This document shows positions 39,667 to 49,389 of a stretch of DNA of 64,000 bases, piece by piece. Below the pieces are notes generated by a model. That model ran no database searches and was not told the DNA's origin. It saw nothing but the letters and a program-made list of their open reading frames with translations. Position 1 is the stretch's first letter; the number at the start of each line of letters is the position of its first letter. Source of the stretch: an uncultured Spirochaetales bacterium. Its GTDB lineage: Bacteria; Spirochaetota; GWE2-31-10; CAYYKD01. The DNA lies in assembly GCA_964471825.1 (NCBI GenBank), contig CAYYKD010000003.1, positions 69,601 to 133,600 of the forward strand, in the 5' to 3' direction. The position numbers and the translations under genes were made by a program.

Positions 39667-39930
39667 TTAATCAATAATTGCCAATATGTCTTCACACTTG
39701 ATAACAAGGTGATCTTTACCGTCAATCTTTATCTGAGTGCCTGCGTACTTATCGTAAATAACTTTGTCGCCTGCCTTTACTGTTACATTTTCGCCCTTAC
39801 CAACAGCAATAACCTTACCTTCTTGAGTCTTTTCCTGTGCTGCCTGAGGAATTAAAATCCCTCCTGTACTTTTTTCCTCTGAAGTTTTAATCTCAATTAG
39901 AACTCTCTCTCCTAATGGTTTAACCGCCAT
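39667..39930 (-). CDS. groES: Co-chaperonin GroES (Cpn10), not followed by groEL
   Basis: MAVKPLGERVLIE...GKVIAVGKGE...VKAGDKVIYDKYAGTQIKIDGKDHLVIKCEDILAIID, a typical Cpn10 pattern. 87 aa. Confidence 0.8.
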   Translation of the reverse strand: MAVKPLGERVLIEIKTSEEKSTGGILIPQAAQEKTQEGKVIAVGKGENVTVKAGDKVIYDKYAGTQIKIDGKDHLVIKCEDILAIID

Positions 39931-40262
39931 TTCTTGCTCCTTAACAACTGAATTTTTTATTATGGCGCGAGCTGAAGTTAAAAACCTCTATGCTCGAACG
40001 CATTGTTATATTTTTATATGCGGTAATTTAATAATCTATTATAAAAAAGTCAAGCATAATTCGTTTTTTTTGTTATTAAAATATGATGGTTGTAAAAGTG
40101 GTACTTATCAATTGTCATTCTAATCTTAATCTAAAACATCCATTGACAATTTTTAGAATAAAATATATTTATAGTTTGAGGCAAAGAATACCTCTGAAAT
40201 TCTCGAGTAGATGATTTCAGCAGGAGCCTCGTTTAATGAATTACAGTAGTGAGGTATAGAAA

Positions 40263-41876
40263 TTGATACAGGCAGCAGGTATAACACTTAGATTTGGTAA
40301 GAGAGCATTGTTCGAAGATGTTAATATAAAATTTACGCAGGGAAATTGCTATGGTCTGATTGGTGCAAATGGTTCGGGCAAATCAACATTCCTTAAGATA
40401 CTCTCAGGTGAGATAGAATCATCGAGTGGCGAAGTCATTGTAGGCTCAAAAGAGAGAGTAGCTGTACTTAAACAGGATCACTATGCATTTGATGACTACA
40501 GTGTTCTTGATACGGTTATTATGGGGCATAAAAAGCTCTATGACATCATGAAACAAAAAGATGAGATCTATGCAAAACCTGACTTCTCAGATGCAGATGG
40601 ATTAAAGGCTGCTGAACTTGAAAATGAGTTTGCTGAGATGGATGGGTGGAATGCGGAGACGGATGCGGCAACGCTATTAAGCGGTCTTGGTATTCAGGAA
40701 TCCTTGCATTACTCGATGATGAAGGATATAGGCGGAGGAGAAAAAGTCAGGGTACTCCTTGCTCAGGCATTATTCGGTAATCCTGATATATTACTTCTCG
40801 ATGAGCCAACTAACCATCTTGACATTGATTCAATCACATGGCTGGAAGAGTTCCTTATAGATTTTGATAATACCGTTATAGTAGTTTCGCATGATAGACA
40901 TTTTTTAAATAAAGTCTGTACACATATAGCCGACATTGACTTTAGTAAGATCACGCTCTATGTAGGTAACTATGACTTCTGGTATGAGTCAAGTCGTCTT
41001 GCACAGCAACAGATGAAGGATGAGAACAAGAAAAAAGAACAGAAGATGAAAGAGTTACAGGCATTTATCCAGCGATTCTCATCAAATGCCTCAAAAGCCA
41101 GACAGGCGACTTCCAGGAAAAAGGTTCTTGATAAAATTCAGCTTGAAGATATCAGACCATCAACCCGGAAATACCCATATATTGCTTTTACGCAGGAAAG
41201 GGAGGCCGGTAAGGAGATCCTAACTGTCGAGAAGTTGACAAAGACAGTTGAGGGAGTTAAGGTATTCAATAATCTGGAGCTTACTATAAATAAGGGTGAA
41301 AAAGTTGCCTTTGTCGGATCAGATAGTCTTCCTAAAACAACACTGTTTAAGATCCTAATGGGAGAGATGAAGCAGGATAGCGGAGATTTCAAATGGGGGA
41401 TTACAACTGCAAGGTCCTATTTTCCAAAGGACAATTCTGAATTTTTTAAAGCCGATTACAACCTTGTGGACTGGCTTAGACAGTATTCTAAGAACCAGGA
41501 AGAGACCTATATACGGGGATTTCTCGGACGGATGCTCTTCTCAGGCGAGGAGTCGCTAAAAAAAGCCTCTGTGTTATCAGGTGGTGAAAAAGTAAGGTGT
41601 ATGTTGTCAAGAATGATGTTGTCCGAGTCAAATATTCTCATACTTGATGAGCCGACAAACCACCTTGATCTTGAAACAATAACCTCATTAAACGAGTCTC
41701 TAATAAATTTTAGCGGGACTGTTCTATTTACATCTCATGACCATCAGTTTACACATACGATTGCAACAAGGATAATTGAGATCACTCCAAGGGGTGTAAT
41801 TGATAAGATGATGTCCTATGATGACTATATTGAAAGTGCGGACATAAAAGAGCTTAGAAAAAAATACTATTCATAA
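40263..41876 (+). CDS. ABC-F family ATPase (two ABC ATPase domains, no TM)
   Basis: Two Walker A motifs (GANGSGKST; second degenerate), two signature motifs (LSGGEKVR x2), and an inter-domain charged linker. TTG start. Confidence 0.8.
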   Translation: MIQAAGITLRFGKRALFEDVNIKFTQGNCYGLIGANGSGKSTFLKILSGEIESSSGEVIVGSKERVAVLKQDHYAFDDYSVLDTVIMGHKKLYDIMKQKDEIYAKPDFSDADGLKAAELENEFAEMDGWNAETDAATLLSGLGIQESLHYSMMKDIGGGEKVRVLLAQALFGNPDILLLDEPTNHLDIDSITWLEEFLIDFDNTVIVVSHDRHFLNKVCTHIADIDFSKITLYVGNYDFWYESSRLAQQQMKDENKKKEQKMKELQAFIQRFSSNASKARQATSRKKVLDKIQLEDIRPSTRKYPYIAFTQEREAGKEILTVEKLTKTVEGVKVFNNLELTINKGEKVAFVGSDSLPKTTLFKILMGEMKQDSGDFKWGITTARSYFPKDNSEFFKADYNLVDWLRQYSKNQEETYIRGFLGRMLFSGEESLKKASVLSGGEKVRCMLSRMMLSESNILILDEPTNHLDLETITSLNESLINFSGTVLFTSHDHQFTHTIATRIIEITPRGVIDKMMSYDDYIESADIKELRKKYYS

Positions 41877-41952
41877 ATGGATGCCTACATCTCTGCGTTA
41901 AGTTTATAAACGAGTATACACTTATTTAAGAAAAAGTGAAACGGAGGTACCT

Positions 41953-43092
41953 GTGAAATATCATCTTTATCCTATAAAGAACTTAGTTATAGACGAAAAA
42001 GATAGCCTTACCTTAGACTCAGGTGAGAGTTTTGGACCTATTAATATAGCCTATGAGACATTCGGTACACTCAATGAAAAGAAAGACAATGCAATTCTTG
42101 TGATCCATGCTTTAACAGGCGATACTCATGTGTGCTCTGACTATGACAAGGATGATCAAACCCCCGGCTGGTGGGATGATGTTATCGGCAAGGGCAAGGC
42201 TATTGATACAGATAAATACTTTATTATATGTTCAAACTGTTTTGGCGGCTGTTCAGGTACAACAGGTCCGGCAACAATCAGTCCAAAGACAGGCAAACCA
42301 TATGGACTTGAATTTCCGATAATAACAGTCAGAGATATGGTTAGGGTTCAAAAGCTGCTGGTAGATTACCTCGGCATAGAGTCCTTAAAGGCGGTTATAG
42401 GCGGCTCTCTTGGTGGTATGCAGGTTCTTGAGTGGGCGGTTAGTTTTCCTGATACAGTAAAAAAAGCTATTGTTATAGCCTCAGCAGCTAAAACTTCGCC
42501 GCAGGTTATAGCTTTCGGAGAGGTAGGAAGAAATGCGATAATGGCAGACCCGAATTTTAATAGCGGCAATTACTATGATGGGGAACGACCTGTGAAAGGT
42601 TTATCGATAGCGAGGATGGTTGCACATATCACATATCTTTCGAATGAGTCCATGCAGCTTAAATTCGGTAGAGATATAAAGACTGAGATAAAAAAGAGTG
42701 ATGAGCTCTATGGATTATTCGGGCCGATGTTTCAGGTAGAGAGTTACCTCAGGTATCAGGGGCAGAAATTTGTAGAAAGATTTGATGCAAATAGCTATCT
42801 CTATATTACGAAGGCTATGGATATGTTTGATGTAAAACGGGATAAACAGACTCTTGCAGAGGCACTTCAAGTCGTAAAGTCAAGAATGCTTGTCATTTCA
42901 TTTACAAGTGATTGGCACTTCATGCCATCAGAAAGCTGGGAGATTGTTAAGGCTATGATGAGCTGTGATAAGGAGATTAGTTATATCAATCTCAACTCGC
43001 CATATGGACACGATGCATTTCTCATAAAAAATCCGGAACAGGAAAGGCTGATCAAAAGCTTTATTGACAATGACAGGAGAAAAGCTCTATGA
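41953..43092 (+). CDS. metX: Homoserine O-acetyltransferase
   Basis: Alpha/beta-hydrolase GGSLGGMQVLEWA nucleophile elbow. MetX-like length. GGAGG RBS then GTG start. Followed by metW with a 4-nt overlap. Confidence 0.85.
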   Translation: MKYHLYPIKNLVIDEKDSLTLDSGESFGPINIAYETFGTLNEKKDNAILVIHALTGDTHVCSDYDKDDQTPGWWDDVIGKGKAIDTDKYFIICSNCFGGCSGTTGPATISPKTGKPYGLEFPIITVRDMVRVQKLLVDYLGIESLKAVIGGSLGGMQVLEWAVSFPDTVKKAIVIASAAKTSPQVIAFGEVGRNAIMADPNFNSGNYYDGERPVKGLSIARMVAHITYLSNESMQLKFGRDIKTEIKKSDELYGLFGPMFQVESYLRYQGQKFVERFDANSYLYITKAMDMFDVKRDKQTLAEALQVVKSRMLVISFTSDWHFMPSESWEIVKAMMSCDKEISYINLNSPYGHDAFLIKNPEQERLIKSFIDNDRRKAL

Positions 43093-43709
43093 AAAACTTA
43101 AAGGAAGCACTACATGAGATTATCTCAGAATACATATCAGACAAATCAACAGTACTCGATCTTGGATGTGGCAATGGAGTTCTCTTAAAACACCTTGTTG
43201 ATACCAAGGAAGTTATCTGTCATGGAATAGAGATTAAGACAGATGCAATTATAAGTGCCATCGAAAAAGGTATAAGTGTTATTCAATGGGATCTTAATAA
43301 ACTTCCGCTTGACTTTCCGGATAATGCGTTTGATTTTGTTACAATGCAGCAGGCAATTCAGGAGATTAAGGAACCAAAGAAACTTATCCTGGAGATGCTA
43401 AGGATCGGTAAAGAGGTAATAATGAGTTTTCCTAACTTTGGAAATATAAATATCAGAGGCAAGTTCTTTTTTACCGGGCAGATGCCGATTACAGATGAAC
43501 TTCCCAATAAATGGTATGATACTCCAAACATTCATCTTCTTACCGTTAAGGATTTTGAAGGTTTCTGCGATGATTACGGCATCAGAATAATCCGCAAAAT
43601 CTTTCTTAAAAGAGATCGGATGACCAAAAAGTACAAACGAATTAAGGCACTAAGCAATATGAGAGCTGATGTTGCTGTCTATAAAATCCGTCTAAAAAGC
43701 AAGGGTTAA
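43089..43709 (+). CDS. metW: Methionine biosynthesis protein MetW
   Basis: SAM-MTase-like LDLGCGNGVLL. ~200 aa. Immediately downstream of and overlapping metX. Confidence 0.75.
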   Translation: MKNLKEALHEIISEYISDKSTVLDLGCGNGVLLKHLVDTKEVICHGIEIKTDAIISAIEKGISVIQWDLNKLPLDFPDNAFDFVTMQQAIQEIKEPKKLILEMLRIGKEVIMSFPNFGNINIRGKFFFTGQMPITDELPNKWYDTPNIHLLTVKDFEGFCDDYGIRIIRKIFLKRDRMTKKYKRIKALSNMRADVAVYKIRLKSKG

Positions 43710-43863
43710 CCCTAGTAGACGGAGCTACATTTTTAAGCATCTATCATATTTCAAAATCACAACTTGCTACTTGCGAAATTATTAAATTAAATATATAATT
43801 ATAGGAATTCAAATTCTATAATAGGCTCTAATAGAGTTGTAGTTTATTAAACCGGAGAGAAAA

Positions 43864-44262
43864 ATGTATAGTTATCCTGTCAGGGTGCAGTTTGAGGATA
43901 TAGATGTATATAATATCGCACATCACACAAAGATTATCTGTTATCTTGAGCGGGCAAGGGTGAATTTTTTTTCCGATAGAGGTTTTGATGTACGAAATGC
44001 CCCCTATGGCCTTGTACTTAGAAATATAAATATAAAATTCAGGGTACCACTGTTAATGCTTGATGATATTGTGATAACACTTCAGACGAAGGATATTGGA
44101 AATTTTAAGTTTATATTTTACTATGAGGTGTTAAAAAATGGTGTAAAACACGCCTCAGCTGAGATCGAGATGGCTGTTATAGATCTTGAAACAAAGAAAC
44201 CTAAAAAAATACCTGATCTAATGATGGAAATGCTGAAAAGCATAGAGATAGAAAATAGTTAA
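43864..44262 (+). CDS. Acyl-CoA thioesterase (4HBT/YbgC-like hot-dog fold)
   Basis: 132 aa. YSYPVRVQFEDIDVYNIAHHTKII resembles the N-terminus of YbgC-type thioesterases. Confidence 0.55.
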   Translation: MYSYPVRVQFEDIDVYNIAHHTKIICYLERARVNFFSDRGFDVRNAPYGLVLRNINIKFRVPLLMLDDIVITLQTKDIGNFKFIFYYEVLKNGVKHASAEIEMAVIDLETKKPKKIPDLMMEMLKSIEIENS

Positions 44263-44272
44263 ACAATAAAAA

Positions 44273-44950
44273 ATGGGAGGTGGTATGTCGGGTGCTTCAA
44301 TAAATAACTTTGAATTCGTCCTAACATTGCTTGAGGCCTCCTATAGAGAATCAGATGCCCCCTCTATAACATTAATCTCACAGACAAAAAGAGATCCGTT
44401 TTATGTTTTAATCTCAACAATTATAAGTCTGAGGACTAAGGATGAAGTAACGCTTGATGTCTCAAACAGACTCTATGAAACTGTTCAGAACATGGAAGAT
44501 ATTGAGAAGACCGGCGTTGAGAGATTGACAGAGCTTCTATATCCTGCGGGATTTTATAGGACTAAGGCAAGAAACATCTTGACTATAGCAGCATTGGTTA
44601 GGGAAGAGTTTGGCGGTAGAATCCCCGATAGCATGGATGATCTGCTAAGGCTTCCGGGAGTCGGACGCAAAACCGCAAACCTTGTTCTAATACTTGGCTA
44701 TAATAAAGAGGGACTCTGTGTTGATACACATGTACACAGGATATCAAATAGATTTGGCTGGGTTAAAACAAAGAGGCCTGACGATACTGAGTTTGCGCTT
44801 AGATCATTTCTGCCTATTCAATATTGGCGGATTATTAATGACTATCTGGTTAGTTATGGGCAAACAGTCTGTAGACCTGTGTCACCTCATTGCTCTGTAT
44901 GTACTTTAAGTTTGGTCTGTCCAAAGATCGGTGTTGATCGAATGCGTTAA
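44273..44950 (+). CDS. nth: Endonuclease III (DNA glycosylase/AP lyase)
   Basis: HhH-GPD LPGVGRKTANLVL, catalytic Asp region, and C-terminal 4Fe-4S CRPVSPHCSVCTLSLVCP (C-x6-C-x2-C-x5-C). Confidence 0.85.
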   Translation: MGGGMSGASINNFEFVLTLLEASYRESDAPSITLISQTKRDPFYVLISTIISLRTKDEVTLDVSNRLYETVQNMEDIEKTGVERLTELLYPAGFYRTKARNILTIAALVREEFGGRIPDSMDDLLRLPGVGRKTANLVLILGYNKEGLCVDTHVHRISNRFGWVKTKRPDDTEFALRSFLPIQYWRIINDYLVSYGQTVCRPVSPHCSVCTLSLVCPKIGVDRMR

Positions 44951-44977
44951 ACAGGTCCGTTTATTAGGAGGCATTTC

Positions 44978-47512
44978 GTGAGAAAAGTATTATTGTGCGT
45001 GTGTTTGTTATGTGCTGTAACAGGCATTTATTCATATGATATAAATATCAGTGTTATCGACAAAGATATCGATATTCCTCTGGAGGGTGTTAAGTTAACA
45101 CTAATAAAAACGGGGAATAGCGTATCAACCGATAGTAATGGATCTGCAAGGATAACGATCGGAGATGATCAGGGACAGATAGTTGTAGTTGCCTTCCTAA
45201 ATGGCTATGAGACAAAGAGATTTGTACTTAAAAAAGCGGCTGAGGTTCAGATAGTCTCGATGAGTATACAGGGTGTGCTTGAGGGACAGGGTCTTGTTGT
45301 GGAGAGGAAGGCGTTGCAGATTAAGGATGAGAAGTCCGGCGTCTCTACAATGGTAGATAAGCAGGAGATCAAACAGACTACCAAGGGGCCGCTTGAGGAT
45401 ATAATGACAACAATAAAGACTCTACCCGGAGTAAGCTACGCCGGTAAGTTTAGTTCAAGACCATCTGTAAGGGGCGGACATCCATCTGAGGTGTCGGCAT
45501 TACTTGATGGTTTCTTGATTAGAATGCCCTACCATTGGGGCGGTGCATTTTCAATATTCAATCCAAATATTATTGAATCGGTTAAGTTCTCAAATGGCGT
45601 GTTTAGTGCAAGGTATGGTGTAGCAATGAGCGGCCTTATTGAGGTAAACTCGACGACTCCGGATCAGGGAGTTAGATTTGACGGTATATTATCAACTACC
45701 ACTGCCGAGGCTTTTCTTCAGCTACCGTTATGGAAGAATTCCGGCCTATTTGTAGGAGGGCGGGTAACATACCTTGATCCCGTCTTGTTGATCGCTGAGA
45801 GTGCAGTCACAAGTACAGGAACCGCAATTCAGACAGCACCATACATTAGAGATGCCTCATTTAAATGGTTCTGGAAACCCCACGAAAGAGTGGAGTGGTA
45901 TATAAACTCATTTTTCGGGTCAGATGGCGTTGCTCTAAAGAATAAGGATATAGGTGTTGATGACACAAAGACGATCGTGTCTGACTTTAATTTTGGTTAC
46001 TACAAGTACAATACCTTTGTTGTGACCGGCGTTAAGTTTTTGCCGGTTGACAGGTTGTTTATACATATACTTGCAGGCTATGAGTTTCTGTTGAATGGCG
46101 TTGATGGGAAATTTAACGAAAATGGTACTAAGAACTATTCGCAAGAATTTAAGGATCAATATGCAGGGTTTAAATTGGCAATGCCTACACTACCCGATAT
46201 TAATGATAGTTTCTCAGTTAAGAACCTGGGTTCTAACTTTGCCAGATACGATCTTGTACATAGTGCTCAGACTCGTATTGATTTTGATATAACGCTCCAT
46301 GAGAGGGTTCAATTTTCATGCGGAGCAGGTCTTCTCTACGATAATATACTACATAGCGAATCAGGGAAGATGTATTCTATCATTCCTACACAGGGTTTTC
46401 CACTCTACTCTAAGATCACAGTGGATCTTTCTGTAAAGGATAATCTCGTATTTAATTCCTTTACATTTATAAATTTTTTATTTACACCGCTTCCGGGTGT
46501 ACTTGAAATTGAGGCGGGAGTACGGGTTGATCATTTCTATATGCAGGGCAATGATGTGAGTCTTAACACCTATCCTGTGCCAAATCCAAGATTGATGATC
46601 TCCTATACACCTGTAAGAGACAAGAAGTATATTAATAGTCTTACTCTTAGTCTGGGGGTGGGACTATTTTCTAAGATTCCGCTTGAGAGTTCAATCATTG
46701 AAAAGAAGTATGGAATAGATCATTTTGAGGTTCATCAGCCTAAGTCATTAACAGCTATAACCGGTGTTGAGATTAATCTGCCATTGGACTTTAAGATAAA
46801 GGTTGAGGGGTACTACAAGTACTATTTTGATAGATTCTACTTTAATCTTGATACAACAGGTAATCAGACTAAGTTTCTCGTACACTCGGACGGGATTGGA
46901 CATGCGGCAGGTTTTGATGTGCTACTTCAGAGGAAAATCTCAAGATGGGTAGATGGATGGATCTCATATTCGTTTATCTTTGCGAAGTACTACAATCCGG
47001 AAACCGATAATATGCCGTCAAAGACAACATTTCGAGGGGAACCTACAGGGACATGGTATTATCCTTCATATCATAGATGGCACAATATGAATATAGTTCT
47101 AAATATCAAGCCTGTAACATGGTTTACAATATCTTTAGCCCTAGCCCTGGCAAGCGGTAATCCTAAGAAGAGTTTTGAGACAGAGATGTTTCCTGTTCTG
47201 CTTGAAGATGGTCAGACTGTCCTTGAGATGTATCGTGATAAAGGGGTCTACACCGAGAAAGACGGCGATTCATTAAGAACGGGATTTAGTATTCCACTTG
47301 ATTTGACTCTGAGATTTAATGTCTACTTTCCAAAATCTAAGGTCAAAATGGAGGCCTATGTTTCTGTCGAGGATATATTTGTCATGGTCTACTCCGATCA
47401 GGTTAATGCAAAGTCTATTGATAAATACACAGGCAAGGAGTCAACGGGACAGGCTGCATCGTTTAGTGTAGGCATCCCGATCCCAAGTATAGGTATTAAA
47501 ATAAATTTCTAG
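44978..47512 (+). CDS. TonB-dependent-receptor-like outer-membrane beta-barrel protein with N-terminal carboxypeptidase-regulatory-like domain
   Basis: Signal peptide. CarbopepD_reg-like VIDKDIDIPLEGVKLTLIKTGNSVSTDSNGSARI. Plug-like region. Long barrel ending in aromatic ...IKINF. Confidence 0.65.
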   Translation: MRKVLLCVCLLCAVTGIYSYDINISVIDKDIDIPLEGVKLTLIKTGNSVSTDSNGSARITIGDDQGQIVVVAFLNGYETKRFVLKKAAEVQIVSMSIQGVLEGQGLVVERKALQIKDEKSGVSTMVDKQEIKQTTKGPLEDIMTTIKTLPGVSYAGKFSSRPSVRGGHPSEVSALLDGFLIRMPYHWGGAFSIFNPNIIESVKFSNGVFSARYGVAMSGLIEVNSTTPDQGVRFDGILSTTTAEAFLQLPLWKNSGLFVGGRVTYLDPVLLIAESAVTSTGTAIQTAPYIRDASFKWFWKPHERVEWYINSFFGSDGVALKNKDIGVDDTKTIVSDFNFGYYKYNTFVVTGVKFLPVDRLFIHILAGYEFLLNGVDGKFNENGTKNYSQEFKDQYAGFKLAMPTLPDINDSFSVKNLGSNFARYDLVHSAQTRIDFDITLHERVQFSCGAGLLYDNILHSESGKMYSIIPTQGFPLYSKITVDLSVKDNLVFNSFTFINFLFTPLPGVLEIEAGVRVDHFYMQGNDVSLNTYPVPNPRLMISYTPVRDKKYINSLTLSLGVGLFSKIPLESSIIEKKYGIDHFEVHQPKSLTAITGVEINLPLDFKIKVEGYYKYYFDRFYFNLDTTGNQTKFLVHSDGIGHAAGFDVLLQRKISRWVDGWISYSFIFAKYYNPETDNMPSKTTFRGEPTGTWYYPSYHRWHNMNIVLNIKPVTWFTISLALALASGNPKKSFETEMFPVLLEDGQTVLEMYRDKGVYTEKDGDSLRTGFSIPLDLTLRFNVYFPKSKVKMEAYVSVEDIFVMVYSDQVNAKSIDKYTGKESTGQAASFSVGIPIPSIGIKINF

Positions 47513-47561
47513 GATAAACGGACCATGTTAGGCAAGTGAAAAAATATAAGGAAAACGCAAT

Positions 47562-48455
47562 ATGAATATAAATAGAAATAAAAATATTAAAATAATAGTA
47601 AAAAAACTTTTTTCTATAGCTCTAGTAGTTATAGGTATGACAGTTATACCGGCCTGTCAGACGGTTAAAGGTGTTTATAATTATGCAAGGGAGAATCACA
47701 GCGTTAAACTGACAATTACAGAGGATAGCAAGCAGGTTAGAAGGGGTCGCTTGAGCGGAACTTTAATAAGTCCTGCCTATTTTGGCGGAGTTATTTCAAC
47801 GGATTCATCAGGTGATCAAGTTTTGATTGTTGATGAGTTTGGATATTTTACTAACTGGTTTGACGGATGGACTCAAGCCCTGCATGAAGCCGGCGGCTCA
47901 GTAAAGATAGAATTAAACAAGGACAGATCGTTTAACATTGTTGTAAGGGAGGAACTCTTTGTAGGTGAAATAAAAACCGCACAGACACGCTATGCCGATC
48001 TATACTACAAGGGTGATAGAGCAAATGAGTTGTTGAGGAATAGAATAGCAAGAATCAAGTCGGTAAATGAGTATCTCGTTGAATATGGAATGCCTATGTT
48101 CTTTAGTTCAGCTATTTACCCTCCTGTTTTTTCTACATCTAAGAGTGATAAAAAGCAGAAGACATTTTTTGAGGCAACCCGTTCACTACTGTTTCCTGAG
48201 ATGTATCCATTCGGGGCCGTTAAGGTGGACTACCAGGCAAAAAGTACCTATGAGCTTGCCGATTCAATACTCTGGAATAGACAGTATTCAGAGAAGATGT
48301 TTCCTGAACACCTTAGGGATGTGCGAAATGGCGGTTCACTCTATAAGGACTATGAGGAATCAATAGAGTTGTTCTATGTTTTTTACAATCTGGATTATTT
48401 TTTGAGAATGTTAGTTTTAAATACACCATTAAATACACCATTAAATTCACAATGA
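47562..48455 (+). CDS. Hypothetical lipoprotein. C-terminus has tandem LNTP repeat.
   Basis: Signal peptide with lipobox TVIPAC. 12-bp tandem DNA repeat taaatacaccat x2 at the 3' end. Confidence 0.4.
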   Translation: MNINRNKNIKIIVKKLFSIALVVIGMTVIPACQTVKGVYNYARENHSVKLTITEDSKQVRRGRLSGTLISPAYFGGVISTDSSGDQVLIVDEFGYFTNWFDGWTQALHEAGGSVKIELNKDRSFNIVVREELFVGEIKTAQTRYADLYYKGDRANELLRNRIARIKSVNEYLVEYGMPMFFSSAIYPPVFSTSKSDKKQKTFFEATRSLLFPEMYPFGAVKVDYQAKSTYELADSILWNRQYSEKMFPEHLRDVRNGGSLYKDYEESIELFYVFYNLDYFLRMLVLNTPLNTPLNSQ

Positions 48456-48550
48456 TAGCGAATAAATAATCATAGAGATTGCTAACTACAAGTGAGCCTT
48501 TAAATATGTTTGAAAAACAGAAGTATAATATTAATATTTAATCTGCCAAG

Positions 48551-49030
48551 CTAATTGTAGGCTATTTTTTTTATGATTGTAATAATCCTGTTGTTTATAT
48601 GATACTGTCCAGAAAACTTAAATTCTCCCATTTCAAGACATAATTTTAGTTTAACAGGTAATTCATTAATTTTTTTAATATATTCTTCCACCTTTTCTTT
48701 GATCTTAAGTAAAACGCTCTTGAAACGGCCACGCCAGACTGTACCGAATCGGTTAAATCTTCTGTTAAATCGAATTGAGAAGGACTGCTTAATCCATTGC
48801 ATTACAACTGATATATCTGTTTTACCGATTGTTTGAATTACTATCTGAAACTCATCTTTAAGAATGATGAAATTTTCAATTATAATATCGAATTTGATCA
48901 TTGCCTCTTCCATAACTTCCATAAAAATTGATTGTGTTTCTTCTGAGCAGAGTTTTTGAGCTGTTTCCGGAACAACGCTTGATTTTACAAAATATGTTCC
49001 GCCTTCTACTTTTTCTCGGTTTTTTCTCAT
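48551..49030 (-). CDS. IS200/IS605-family (Y1/HuH, RAYT-like) transposase homologue with HuH histidines substituted. Probably an inactivated or domesticated derivative.
   Basis: Alignable by eye to IS200 TnpA over its whole length: DIIIENFIILKDEFQIVIQ vs ...IIEMQTDKDHIHILAD (H-I-H replaced by E-F-Q), MQWIKQSFSIRFNRRF vs FIKTAKGRSSRILRQEF, TVWRGRF vs TLWTNSCF, and a retained Tyr in the C-terminal helix KVEEYIKKINE vs VVKQYIENQ. Confidence 0.5.
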   Translation of the reverse strand: MRKNREKVEGGTYFVKSSVVPETAQKLCSEETQSIFMEVMEEAMIKFDIIIENFIILKDEFQIVIQTIGKTDISVVMQWIKQSFSIRFNRRFNRFGTVWRGRFKSVLLKIKEKVEEYIKKINELPVKLKLCLEMGEFKFSGQYHINNRIITIIKKIAYN

Positions 49031-49145
49031 AATCTGTCCTTATAATTTGGATTTTTAATATATCACTTAGTTAAAACGATTTTTTTGATTTATTATTTAT
49101 GGAATTGACAAAAGAGTTACAATTTTTTTTTGAAGAATATCAAGC

Positions 49146-49210
49146 GGGACAACCTATTGCCGTTGATAGTGGTTTTTTCACCCAAGACTAGACTGGCATA
49201 GGTTGTCCCC
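49146..49210. repeat. REP-like element, inverted pair (gggacaacctattgcc ... gactagactggcataggttgtcccc) with ~24-nt loop, ~115 bp from the IS200-like gene
   Basis: The arms are reverse-complementary over ~15/16 nt. The right arm is the full 25-nt family consensus. Confidence 0.65.
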
Positions 49211-49389
49211 TACAGATAGTACACAGCCTAGAGTGACAATTCAATTCTTTATCATATTGTAGAGGCTATTGTAGAGAATTAATATTTAGAAATCATATAC
49301 ACAAAACCTTCCACTAAAAATTTATTAAAGACTAATAAAAATATCTTTATAAATTGCATTAATTTAATTTTTTTGTTAAATCTTTCTAT

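Noticed and set aside
39931-40262. CIRCE/HrcA operator (TTAGCACTC-N9-GAGTGCTAA) upstream of groES
   Set aside because: Both strands were searched and only a weak 5-bp inverted repeat was found. There is no CIRCE-like element.
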